Assembly: GCF_000250635.1 (NCBI RefSeq)
Contig: NC_016940.1
Coordinates: 1,224,995-1,288,994 of the forward strand
DNA length: 64,000 nucleotides
DNA from: Saprospira grandis str. Lewin
GTDB lineage: Bacteria > Bacteroidota > Bacteroidia > Chitinophagales > Saprospiraceae
Direction: 5' to 3'
Every line of letters starts with the position of its first letter. Position 1 is the first letter of the stretch. Under the pieces are notes generated by a model. The model searched no databases. It saw nothing but the letters and a program-made list of their open reading frames with translations, and was not told the origin of the DNA. Both the position numbers and the translations under genes were made by a program. Below, one piece after another: positions 39,472-47,865 of this stretch.

Positions 39472-40389
39472 TTGGGCCTTTTGCTGCTCTTGGTCTTGGG
39501 CCTACTTCCTGCCTGCCAGCCTGCTCAATCGGCTGAGGCAGAGCCCGCCCCCCTCCTAGCAGATAGTAGCCAAACAGACAGTTTGCCCCCAAGCCAACTC
39601 CCCCCCGCTATTCGCCAAGGGCCACAGCCTCGGCTAGCCCAATTTAGCGACAGTCTGACGACCCTAAGGATTGGGGGGCATAAGGTGGATATACAACTCC
39701 CTAGGGCCGCCTTTAAGGGCAGTATCATTATTTTGCCTGGCTATAATTTCCCGAAGGAGGATGCCTGCCAGAAAGCCCCCCTCTTTTGCCAGACCTTTTT
39801 GGATGCTGGTTATCTACTCATCATGCCCGAAATGGGACGCTCCTTATATAGTAGTCAGTATTTTCCAGAAACCCAGGCTCGTTACAAGCGCTATCCCGAC
39901 CAAAACTGGGTCCTAGATAGTCTGCTCCCTAATTTGCAGCTAGAATATGGGCTATTAGTAGATGGGCAAGACAATTTCTTAGTGGGTATTTCTACTGGGG
40001 GCCGAGGAGCGGCTCTTTTGGCCTTGGCTGCGCCCGAGCGCTGGACCGCAGTGGCCTGCCTGTCTGGAGATTTTGACCAAAGCCAGATGCCCAATGATGG
40101 ACTGATGCGCAACTTTTATGGACCTTACAAACAATTTAGTCAGCGCTGGAAAACGGTGGATAATGTTATTGCTCGCATAGACGACTGGCAAACGCCTATA
40201 TTTATTGGGCATGGCGGAGCCGATAAGGTGGTCCCCCCTGCCCAGTCTAAACAACTCTTTGATAGCTTGCAGAGCCGTTTAGATCAGGAGTTACTCTATT
40301 ACTCTGCCCCCCCCAAGGCCGAGCACAACTATGCTTATTGGGAAGCTGAGGCCAAAAATATACTGGCCTTTTTTCAGTCATTGCCTTAG
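39472..40389 (+). CDS. Putative esterase (alpha/beta hydrolase, esterase-D-like) lipoprotein; start uncertain (possible TTG)
   Basis: 'VGISTGGRGAALLAL' nucleophile-elbow-like G-x-S-x-G and 'FIGHGGADKVVP'. The only in-frame ATG (39199) lies upstream of a repeat. After the repeat there is no ATG before the lipoprotein-like 'GLLLLLVLGLLPAC', so a TTG at 39472 is proposed. Confidence 0.5.
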   Translation: MGLLLLLVLGLLPACQPAQSAEAEPAPLLADSSQTDSLPPSQLPPAIRQGPQPRLAQFSDSLTTLRIGGHKVDIQLPRAAFKGSIIILPGYNFPKEDACQKAPLFCQTFLDAGYLLIMPEMGRSLYSSQYFPETQARYKRYPDQNWVLDSLLPNLQLEYGLLVDGQDNFLVGISTGGRGAALLALAAPERWTAVACLSGDFDQSQMPNDGLMRNFYGPYKQFSQRWKTVDNVIARIDDWQTPIFIGHGGADKVVPPAQSKQLFDSLQSRLDQELLYYSAPPKAEHNYAYWEAEAKNILAFFQSLP

Positions 40390-40580
40390 CGGGCTGTTTT
40401 TTGTCCTGCTTTATACTTTGCCCCCTAGTTGCTTGCAGCGGCTAGGGGGCTTTGTTGTTTGGGCTAATCCCCAGCAGTTTACTCTAACTCATTCAGCCGC
40501 TATTTAGCGAGACTATTCTTAGCCTATTGGCTAGGTCTCCTCCCCAATTATTATAGCAAATGAAGAGGGTTTATGCTAGT

Positions 40581-40640
40581 CCTCTAGAGGGGGTCCCCTA
40601 CCCCTCTGCAGGGGTTGCGCACCCCCTCAGGGGGATTCTT
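40581..40640. repeat. Three consecutive GC-stem hairpin palindromes
   Basis: 'cctctagagg' (perfect 10-bp palindrome), 'cccctctgcagggg' and 'ccccctcaggggg' in a row, downstream of the esterase gene, with no T tract. Confidence 0.5.
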
Positions 40641-40689
40641 CTACCTCCAAGCGAGGACCTATAGAAATCATCAGGAGGACCTCATAAAA

Positions 40690-40865
40690 TCCTCGGGAGG
40701 ACGTCAATAAATCCTCTTGACCATTTTACAAGATCCTCGGGAGGACGTTAATAGATCCTCACGACCATTTTGCAAGCTCCTCGGGAGGACGTTAATAGAT
40801 CCTCTTGACCATTTTACAAGGTCCTCGAGAGGACCTTCTTAAATCATCTTGATGAGGTAGTGAGG
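40690..40865. repeat. Tandem array of 4-5 degenerate 44-bp direct repeats, each beginning 'tcctcgggaggac'
   Basis: Units at 40690, 40734, 40778 and 40822 ('tcctcgggaggacgttaatagatcctcttgaccattttacaag'), a partial fifth unit and a partial unit upstream. In a 760-bp ORF-free region. Confidence 0.8.
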
Positions 40866-41150
40866 TCCTCTTGATGAGGTAGTGACCCCCTAAAGGGAAA
40901 TCAGCCTTTACCTAAGGTTCAACAGCTAGCAAAATGGCTAAATTTTATCGCCTAATGCGAACAATTTAGCCTAAAAACCTGCCAAATACTAAAAAATAGT
41001 ATCTAAAACGTATTTTTTATTAGTTATAACTTGCATTATTAAATTGTTTACCTTATGTTTATAACGTAGACAACGAAAAGGACTATAACTTTGTAGTTGT
41101 CGAACAAGTTCTTGACTAATAAATTTTTAATCAATTAAACATTTTGACCT

Positions 41151-41660
41151 ATGTCTAGAAAAAATGTAATTAGCATTGATTTGCTTGCTAGTGATTTGCA
41201 GCAAATTATGTCTGCCTTTGAGACCATTGAGCAATTACTGCAGGGCAAATTGACCAACATCAGCCCGGAGGACCGTCAGCGTTATGGGAGTGTAAATGAG
41301 CAGGCCAAACTATTTGTGTTCAAGGCGCATGATTTTTATCGGGCCAAGGGGCAGTTGCTTCCGAGCTACTTTGATGCTGTAGAGTATGAAAAAGACTTTG
41401 AGGGGCGTAAAGCCTTTGAGCAGATGGAAAGCAGAATTAGCGAGCTATATGAAAAGGTTCGCGACACTCGGACGCTTTTGGATTATGATACCCTTCAGTA
41501 TTCTTACAGTCTGTATCGACATCTGAAGAACATGAGCCAGGAAGACATTCCGGGCATTGATTTTTGGCTAGAGGAGATGTCTCAGTTTTTCAAGCGTAGC
41601 ACTAACAATGGTTTGGAAGAGCAGAGCAATGATGAGGCGGAGCCGCCTATTGTTGACTAA
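41151..41660 (+). CDS. Hypothetical protein (169 aa), no recognised domain
   Basis: Clean ORF with an AT-rich upstream region. Predicted helical and acidic, with a D/E-rich C-terminus. Confidence 0.5.
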   Translation: MSRKNVISIDLLASDLQQIMSAFETIEQLLQGKLTNISPEDRQRYGSVNEQAKLFVFKAHDFYRAKGQLLPSYFDAVEYEKDFEGRKAFEQMESRISELYEKVRDTRTLLDYDTLQYSYSLYRHLKNMSQEDIPGIDFWLEEMSQFFKRSTNNGLEEQSNDEAEPPIVD

Positions 41661-41734
41661 CTAGTTTTAGTTGTTTAATCTGTGGTTTATAAATTGGTTA
41701 CAGGCAAGCTCTACTTTTGTGGGGCTTGTTTTTT

Positions 41735-41895
41735 TTGTGGGCTGGGGAGGCGGCAGCCATGGCCCGCAGGGCCAAACGGCCTAGCGATGCGGCGGGGTGG
41801 CCGTCAGGCCAGACCAAGGCGGCGCAGCCGCCGCAGGGCCGAGCAGACCTGCGAGCCCCAAAGCGTAGCGCCGCAGCTTGCTGCGGAGGCCCCAA
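41735..41895. repeat. GC-rich repeat, variant A, reverse
   Basis: Sequence 'ggcctagcgatgcggcggggtggccgtcaggccagaccaaggcggcgcagccgccgcagggccgagcagacctgcgagccccaaagcgtagcgccgcagcttgctgcggaggccccaaa'. Confidence 0.85.
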
Positions 41896-42013
41896 ATAAA
41901 AAGGCTGAAGTAAATACTTGTTATCTTGCTGAAGCTTTGTTAAATTTGGGGCTTGTTTTTGGGGCTTAGGGTCCTGAGCAGATATTAACAAACCGTATTA
42001 CGAATAATATATC

Positions 42014-42727
42014 ATGGGAAGAGCATTTGAATATCGCAAAGAGCGCAAGATGAAGCGTTGGAGCCAGATGGCCAAGGTATTTACAAAAATTGGTAGAGAG
42101 ATCGCATTGGCGGTAAAAGAGGGGGGCCCTGATCCGGAGAACAACCCGAAATTGCGTTTGGCGGTACAGAATGCCAAGGTGGCCAACATGCCTAAAAAGA
42201 ACGTAGAGGCGGCCATTCAGCGGGCGACCTCTAAGGATGCGGAGGACTTGCAGGAGGTGGTATATGAGGGTTATGGGCCTCATGGTATAGCCTTTATTAT
42301 TGAGACCTTGACGGACAATCCGACGCGGACGGTGGCCAATATGCGTTTTTATTTTAGCCGTTCTAATGGTTCATTGGGGACCTCGGGTTCGGTATCTTTT
42401 ATGTTTGACCGTCAGGGCGAATTTATTTTGGATGCCGAGGGTTTGGACATGGAAGAGTTGGAGTTGGAATTGATTGATGGAGGAGCCGAAGAGATTGAGA
42501 TCAATGAGGATCAGGTTTGTATTTATACGGCCTTTGAGGACTTTGGAAACATGCAAGCCAAGTTGGAAGAGTTGGGCTTGGAGGTAAAAGAGGCTAGTTT
42601 GCAGCGTTTTGCCAATGCGAGTAAAAAGTTGGAAGACCCCGATCAAATTGCTGAAATAGAGAACCTTATTGATAAGTTTGAGGATGATGACGATGTGCAG
42701 AAGGTTTTCCACTCTATGGAAATCTAA
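42014..42727 (+). CDS. yebC: YebC/PmpR-family transcriptional regulator
   Basis: 'MGRAFEYRKERKMKRWSQMAKVFTKIGREIALAVKEGGPDPENNPKLRLAVQNAK' is the highly conserved YebC N-terminus. 237 aa. Confidence 0.9.
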   Translation: MGRAFEYRKERKMKRWSQMAKVFTKIGREIALAVKEGGPDPENNPKLRLAVQNAKVANMPKKNVEAAIQRATSKDAEDLQEVVYEGYGPHGIAFIIETLTDNPTRTVANMRFYFSRSNGSLGTSGSVSFMFDRQGEFILDAEGLDMEELELELIDGGAEEIEINEDQVCIYTAFEDFGNMQAKLEELGLEVKEASLQRFANASKKLEDPDQIAEIENLIDKFEDDDDVQKVFHSMEI

Positions 42728-42824
42728 AAAATAAGCAAAAAACTAGGCGCTTTATTTGGACAAACCAATTGGAGCGCCTATATTTGCATCGCACTTGAGG
42801 GAACGATAGTGTATAATTACTCTT

Positions 42825-42910
42825 GCCCAGGTGGTGGAATTGGTAGACACGCTACTTTGAGGGGGTAGTGCCTAATTACAGGCGTGCAAGTTCGACTCTT
42901 GTCCTGGGCA
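42825..42910 (+). tRNA. tRNA-Leu (anticodon GAG), type II with long variable arm; CCA encoded at 42911-42913
   Basis: Acceptor stem 'gcccagg' / 'cctgggc'. D loop 'aattggtagac' identical to E. coli tRNA-Leu. Anticodon arm 'ctact ttGAGgg ggtag'. T arm 'gttcgactc'. A T-run hairpin region follows at 42914-42952. Confidence 0.85.
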
Positions 42911-43027
42911 CCAAAAAATCTCGATATCGGAAGATGTCGGGATTTTTTTTTGTGCTGTATAAGATGAGGAAATAAAAAAGCCACAAGTCATACAACTTGC
43001 GGCTTTGGTTTTCTCTAGTGCTACAAT

Positions 43028-44080
43028 CTAAGCCTCCAAAGAAGCCATATCAATAACGAAGCGGTATCTCACATCGCCTTTTTCGAGTCGGTCAAAGGCT
43101 TCATTTACCTCTTGGATATTGATGCGTTCTACGTCGGCAACAATTTGGTGCTCGGCACAGAAGTCTAGCATTTCTTGGGTTTCTGCAATACCACCGATAT
43201 TAGAGCCTGAAAAGCTTTTGCGTCCTTTTACCAATTGGAAGGCGCCTACTTCTAGCGGTTGAGCGGGTAGGCCCACAATAACGAGGCTACCATCTACGGC
43301 TAGGGCACTCAAATAACTGTTCACATCATGTTTGGCAGAAACTGTATCAATGATGAGATCAAAGCCTTTGGCTTGGGCCATGGCTTCGGGATCAGTAGAT
43401 AAGATCGCTTGATCAGCCCCTAAGCGTTTAGCATCTTCGGCCTTAGCTACAGAACGGGTGAATACGGCTACTTCTGCCCCCATGGCTTTAGCGATACGAA
43501 CGGCCAAATGGCCCAGTCCACCAATACCAATAACAGCTACTTTTTTGCCTGGACCAGCCTTCCAATGTTTGAGGGGGGAATAAACCGTGATGCCTGCACA
43601 AAGTAAGGGAGCCGCAGCGGCTAGGTCCTCAAAGTTGGGCATTTTCAAGACATAGCCCTCATTACAAACATAGAATTTGGAGAAGCCGCCATAGGTTCGT
43701 CCACCAGAAACCTTATCTGGAGAGTTGAAGGAGAAGGTCATGCCTTCTTCACAAAACTGTTCTTCTCCAGACTCGCAATGTTGGCAATGCTGGCAAGAAT
43801 CGACAATACAGCCAACAGCAGCTAGATCGCCTACATTAAAGTTTTTTACTTCGGGCCCAACTTGAGTCACTCGGCCTAAGATTTCGTGGCCAGGGACAAT
43901 AGGAAAAGTTGTTCCGCCCCAATCGTTGCGGACCGAGTGTAGATCAGAATGGCAAATACCACAAAACAGGATTTCCATTTCTACATCTGTAGCTAAAAGG
44001 GTTCTTCTTTTGATTTGCATACTTTCTAGAGGCTGAGTAGCGGCCTCTGTGCCATAAGCTTTTACGCTAGTCATATTCAT
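43028..44080 (-). CDS. Zn-dependent NAD(P) alcohol dehydrogenase (cinnamyl-alcohol-dehydrogenase-like)
   Basis: 'GHEILGRVTQVG' zinc-ADH signature. Structural-zinc Cys cluster 'CQHCQHCESGEEQFC'. Rossmann 'VIGIGGLGHLAV'. Confidence 0.85.
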   Translation of the reverse strand: MNMTSVKAYGTEAATQPLESMQIKRRTLLATDVEMEILFCGICHSDLHSVRNDWGGTTFPIVPGHEILGRVTQVGPEVKNFNVGDLAAVGCIVDSCQHCQHCESGEEQFCEEGMTFSFNSPDKVSGGRTYGGFSKFYVCNEGYVLKMPNFEDLAAAAPLLCAGITVYSPLKHWKAGPGKKVAVIGIGGLGHLAVRIAKAMGAEVAVFTRSVAKAEDAKRLGADQAILSTDPEAMAQAKGFDLIIDTVSAKHDVNSYLSALAVDGSLVIVGLPAQPLEVGAFQLVKGRKSFSGSNIGGIAETQEMLDFCAEHQIVADVERINIQEVNEAFDRLEKGDVRYRFVIDMASLEA

Positions 44081-44492
44081 TTACTAGTTTTTTGATGGTT
44101 GTGTGATTGAAAATTACTTTTTAGGGAGAGGGGATTTCCCTGCTGTTCTGAGATAGCTCAAGCCAACATTTACACCTAAATCGTGAGCAGCGATAAGAGC
44201 TTCTAGAGCTCTTTGTCCAAAGCCGCCCAATTAATTAAAAGCCTCATCTAATGCTTTAACTTATTCGGAGCTCAAACTCAGGTAAGCAGCGGCACTACGC
44301 ATACTTACTTTTTTAAATGAAAGTCCCTACTCTGATCGCTAAGTTCAGCGATAGAAATCGAAACGAAAACGTTCACATCAAAAGGAATCTTAGGATATAG
44401 CGGAGTCATCAACTACTTCCCTTTGTTGCCTTACAAAGTTAAGGGAAGTTGGAACAGCAAAATGACGTTTTTAAAATAGAAGATTACGAAAT

Positions 44493-45377
44493 TCAAACCT
44501 TCCTAAATTGACCAGGGGTCATTTTCAATTGTTTCTTGAAAAAGTTATTAAAATGAGTAGCCTCAGTAAAGCCCAAGCCATAGGCAATTTCCGAAATATT
44601 CCAGCTCGTATCCTTTAAAAGGATTTTTGCCTCTCTCAATATTCGCTCTTGGATAATTTGACTTGTCGTTTTATCAACTGTTTCTTTGAGTACTCTATTT
44701 AAATAGTTAGGATGAATATTCAACTTTTCAGCAAATTCAGAAGCCGTCCGCAACTCTACTCTTGGATGTAACTCATCTAAAGGGAACTGTCGACCCAATA
44801 ATTCAAAAAAAAGCGTAGATATCCGCTCCGCTGCATTTAAAGTATGCTGTTGACTTTCACTAGGCTTCAATTTCATAGCAAAATGAATAAGCTCTTGGGT
44901 CAGCATTCTAAGTACATCAAGCTTAAACTCATAAGTAGAAGCAATCTCTTTGTGCATCTTTGCAAAAATGTCTTTTACCCAAGCCAATTGCTCATCGTCT
45001 AACTCAAAGACATGATGCCCCTTAGGTTGAAAAACACTATACTTTGACAATTTACTATACGAGTAAAAAAAATCATCGCTGAAAATAGCATAATGCCCCT
45101 TGTGCACACTCTCAAAATGCTTCCAACAATAAGGAATGTATGGATTGGTGAAAATCAACGCCTGCTTAGGTATCCGAATGACTTTGTCTGCATACTGCAT
45201 CAAACTATTCCCCTCCAATAAACTCACCTTGTAATAATCTCGCTTCTTATAAGGAAGCGGCTTTTTGTTTTCTGTCTCAAAAGGCTCTATTTCAAAGACA
45301 TTAAAATCACCGCTCTTTCTAGTTTGGTCCCTCATCAGTTTTGTTTTATCAGCAGTTCCCCAGATAATCCTAGGCAA
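44493..45377 (-). CDS. AraC-family transcriptional regulator
   Basis: C-terminal AraC HTH ('ISEIAYGLGFTEATHFNNFFKKQLKMTPGQFRK') and N-terminal cupin-like ligand domain. Confidence 0.75.
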   Translation of the reverse strand: MPRIIWGTADKTKLMRDQTRKSGDFNVFEIEPFETENKKPLPYKKRDYYKVSLLEGNSLMQYADKVIRIPKQALIFTNPYIPYCWKHFESVHKGHYAIFSDDFFYSYSKLSKYSVFQPKGHHVFELDDEQLAWVKDIFAKMHKEIASTYEFKLDVLRMLTQELIHFAMKLKPSESQQHTLNAAERISTLFFELLGRQFPLDELHPRVELRTASEFAEKLNIHPNYLNRVLKETVDKTTSQIIQERILREAKILLKDTSWNISEIAYGLGFTEATHFNNFFKKQLKMTPGQFRKV

Positions 45378-45513
45378 AACAAAGTTACGATTTTCGTACT
45401 ATAGTTTTAACTACTAAAACTAGTTTAGCACTCTTTGGTCCTCAAAAGAAATATCTCAGTATTAAGCAAACCAAAGCCGCCAACTTATCTCTATAAGCTG
45501 GCGGCTTTATGCG

Positions 45514-46026
45514 CTACTTGGGATTCCACCAAAGCCCCCCTTCTACTCCCCCAGCCTCTCCAATTTCTAGCTCCCAAATACTGCCCAAAGGCGTATGGCA
45601 ACCATAGGGACAAGTATAGGGGTAGTCGAGTAGCTCTTTCTTGGGGTCCAAATACTCCAAAATCATATTGATGGGCCCACAATGGCTAAAGATGGCCGTG
45701 GGCCGAGCCCATAACTGCTGCTGCTCTCCCCGATACCAATCCTGCACTCTTTGTTCTAGTGACTCATGCGGCTCTATTTCTTTCTCTCTTTCTCTTAATG
45801 CCTGCACTACTTTCGGCTGCAAAGCTGGCACAAGCTGAGCATAGGGCGCATAGGTCTGCCCTACCCGCAAATAATCGCTACAATATACGGCCTGAATATC
45901 TTTCTTTGCTAAATATTGGGCAATGGCTAGAGCTTGCTCTTTTCCCTTTTCGCCCAAGGCTGGCCCCGGAAAACCCCGATATTCTTTGGGGGCAGGCTGG
46001 GCATGACGCACTAGATAAAGCTTCAT
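45514..46026 (-). CDS. Histidine-phosphatase-family protein (phosphoglycerate-mutase-like / SixA-like)
   Basis: 'MKLYLVRHAQP' contains the RHA motif of the catalytic His. 170 aa. Confidence 0.6.
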   Translation of the reverse strand: MKLYLVRHAQPAPKEYRGFPGPALGEKGKEQALAIAQYLAKKDIQAVYCSDYLRVGQTYAPYAQLVPALQPKVVQALREREKEIEPHESLEQRVQDWYRGEQQQLWARPTAIFSHCGPINMILEYLDPKKELLDYPYTCPYGCHTPLGSIWELEIGEAGGVEGGLWWNPK

Positions 46027-46718
46027 ATTTTATGTTGACAGTCTCCTTTTTCGTTAATAATTTCATGTTCCCCCCCTTGGTTCTGCACCAACGCAAAGCC
46101 ATTGTAAAAGGGCTCTAGCTGCAAAAATCGACGATTATATACGGGCCGCCCCGCCAAATCGATATGCAACCAACCCGCCTCATCTTTGGCCCGGGCAAAT
46201 CCTTTGTGAAAAACATCTAGTTCTAGATAGCGATAAGGATGTAAGGCCCTGCCCTGAGAATCAATATGCAAACAATAGCCATCGGCCTGACGAACACAGG
46301 CATAGCCATCCCTAAAGTCGCCCGCATAGCGATAACGCTCCTCATAAAGCGGATGTCCCTGCAGATCAATATGGAAGTATTCCCCGCCTTTTCGGACCGT
46401 GCAAATGTCTTGCTGATAGTTCCCACACCAGTCATAACGCTCTCCATAAATGGCATTTCCTTTTGTGTCTATATGAAATTGCCCCTGCTCCGAAGATACC
46501 GCCGCCCGCTCACAATAATAACCAAAGGTCCGCAAATATCGCTGCCGATAAAGGGCCATGCCCTCGCTGTTGATATGATAACTGCCCGTTTCGTCTTCTA
46601 CAGGCGCCAAACCCGGCGCATGAAACTTTAATACCGACTTATAAGGACCAAATATAGCTTGCCCTTCCAAGCAAAATCCATTGCCCTCTGCATTGACTTT
46701 TATGTTTTTCCAATTCAT
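46023..46718 (-). CDS. WG-repeat-containing protein
   Basis: Repeated ~30-aa units of the type 'G..LHIDSQGR.L.P.RY....F..GFA.V....GW..ID..G' (KWG/WG repeat-like). Confidence 0.5.
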   Translation of the reverse strand: MNWKNIKVNAEGNGFCLEGQAIFGPYKSVLKFHAPGLAPVEDETGSYHINSEGMALYRQRYLRTFGYYCERAAVSSEQGQFHIDTKGNAIYGERYDWCGNYQQDICTVRKGGEYFHIDLQGHPLYEERYRYAGDFRDGYACVRQADGYCLHIDSQGRALHPYRYLELDVFHKGFARAKDEAGWLHIDLAGRPVYNRRFLQLEPFYNGFALVQNQGGEHEIINEKGDCQHKI

Positions 46719-47686
46719 CTTTTCTCAAATATCAATAGGGTCTGTAAATCATTGATCGGACGCTTTTCTAGATAAGCAAAGCCTATTTTCTCTGCTAATT
46801 TCCGATAGGCAGCTAAGGTCCGTTCTTGGCTCTTGCAAATGGCCAACATATTCAAACTAAGCAGCTCGGCCCCATCGGCTAGCTGCTCTTTTAGGATTTC
46901 TAAGATATACATTCGCCCTCCTTTTGGCAAGGCGGCATAAACGTTTTCCAATATTTTCAAGGCAGCTTCATCGGGCCAATCATGTAGCACTCTGGCCAGA
47001 AAAATATGCTCCGCGACTTGGGGAATAGGCGCAAAAAAATCGGCTGGAATAGGCCGAAAAGGCAGCTCCCCCGCTGGCAATAAAGCCAAGACCTTGGGCT
47101 TGTCTAATAAATAATATTTAGGCTGAGGATGAACCCTCGCCAAGGCCTTGAGCAAAGCCCCCAGACCGCCTCCCAAATCCATCACAGCCTTAGCTTCCGA
47201 CAAATCCAACTGCTCGCCCAACTGCGCATAATCATCCCGCGCATATTCGTTCATCGCCAAATGATAAATCCGATTGCTCTCGGGCTGCTCATCCAAATAA
47301 TCAAAAAAAGGCTGTCCATATAGCTGCTCAAAAACGGCCTCATCACTGCGAATACTCTGCGCCAAATGCTGCCAAGCCCGCAAATGCTCCTCCCCCCAAA
47401 GCAAACAAGCATACTTCAAAGATTGGGGATGTTCCTCCGCCAGTTGCGCCCCTTTTTCGGCCAAAACATACTGCCCATTTTCGGTCCTCAAGGCCGCCAA
47501 TTGCTCCAAAGCCGCCAATAATAACTGCAAACTAGCCTGTTTAGCCCCTAGCTTTTCGGCCAACTCAGCCAAACTAAGCGGCCCCTCCCAAAGCGCATCA
47601 AATACCCCCAGCTGGCAGGCGGTCCGCAAGGGCAAATAATGCCAATAACTGGTAAAACTATTCTTCAACTCCTGACTAATACTCAT
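46715..47686 (-). CDS. Class I SAM-dependent O-methyltransferase (COMT/ASMT-like)
   Basis: N-terminal dimerisation/winged-helix region. SAM motif 'VMDLGGGLGALLKAL' and 'YYLLDKPKV'. Confidence 0.7.
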   Translation of the reverse strand: MSISQELKNSFTSYWHYLPLRTACQLGVFDALWEGPLSLAELAEKLGAKQASLQLLLAALEQLAALRTENGQYVLAEKGAQLAEEHPQSLKYACLLWGEEHLRAWQHLAQSIRSDEAVFEQLYGQPFFDYLDEQPESNRIYHLAMNEYARDDYAQLGEQLDLSEAKAVMDLGGGLGALLKALARVHPQPKYYLLDKPKVLALLPAGELPFRPIPADFFAPIPQVAEHIFLARVLHDWPDEAALKILENVYAALPKGGRMYILEILKEQLADGAELLSLNMLAICKSQERTLAAYRKLAEKIGFAYLEKRPINDLQTLLIFEKR

Positions 47687-47704
47687 TTTTTTCTGTTCTA
47701 CATG

Positions 47705-47850
47705 ATTTGATTTTGGGGCCTCCTGCCTACGGCAGGCGCTACGCTTTGGGGCTCGCTATTTGCTCGGCCCTTCGGCGGCTTTGCCGCCTCGGTCTGGCCT
47801 AACGGCCACCCCGCCGCATCGCTAGGCCAAAAAAGGCCTGCGGCTGAGCT
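47705..47850. repeat. GC-rich repeat, variant A, forward
   Basis: Sequence 'ttttggggcctcctgcctacggcaggcgctacgctttggggctcgctatttgctcggcccttcggcgg...ggtctggcctaacggccaccccgccgcatcgctaggcc'. Confidence 0.85.
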
Positions 47851-47865
47851 AGAGAGTAAGCTAAG

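Noticed and set aside
45378-45513. Short inverted repeat 'gttttaactactaaaac' (~45396-45412) as an AraC operator
   Set aside because: It has only 6-bp arms in an AT-rich promoter region. That is too short and unremarkable to distinguish from chance.
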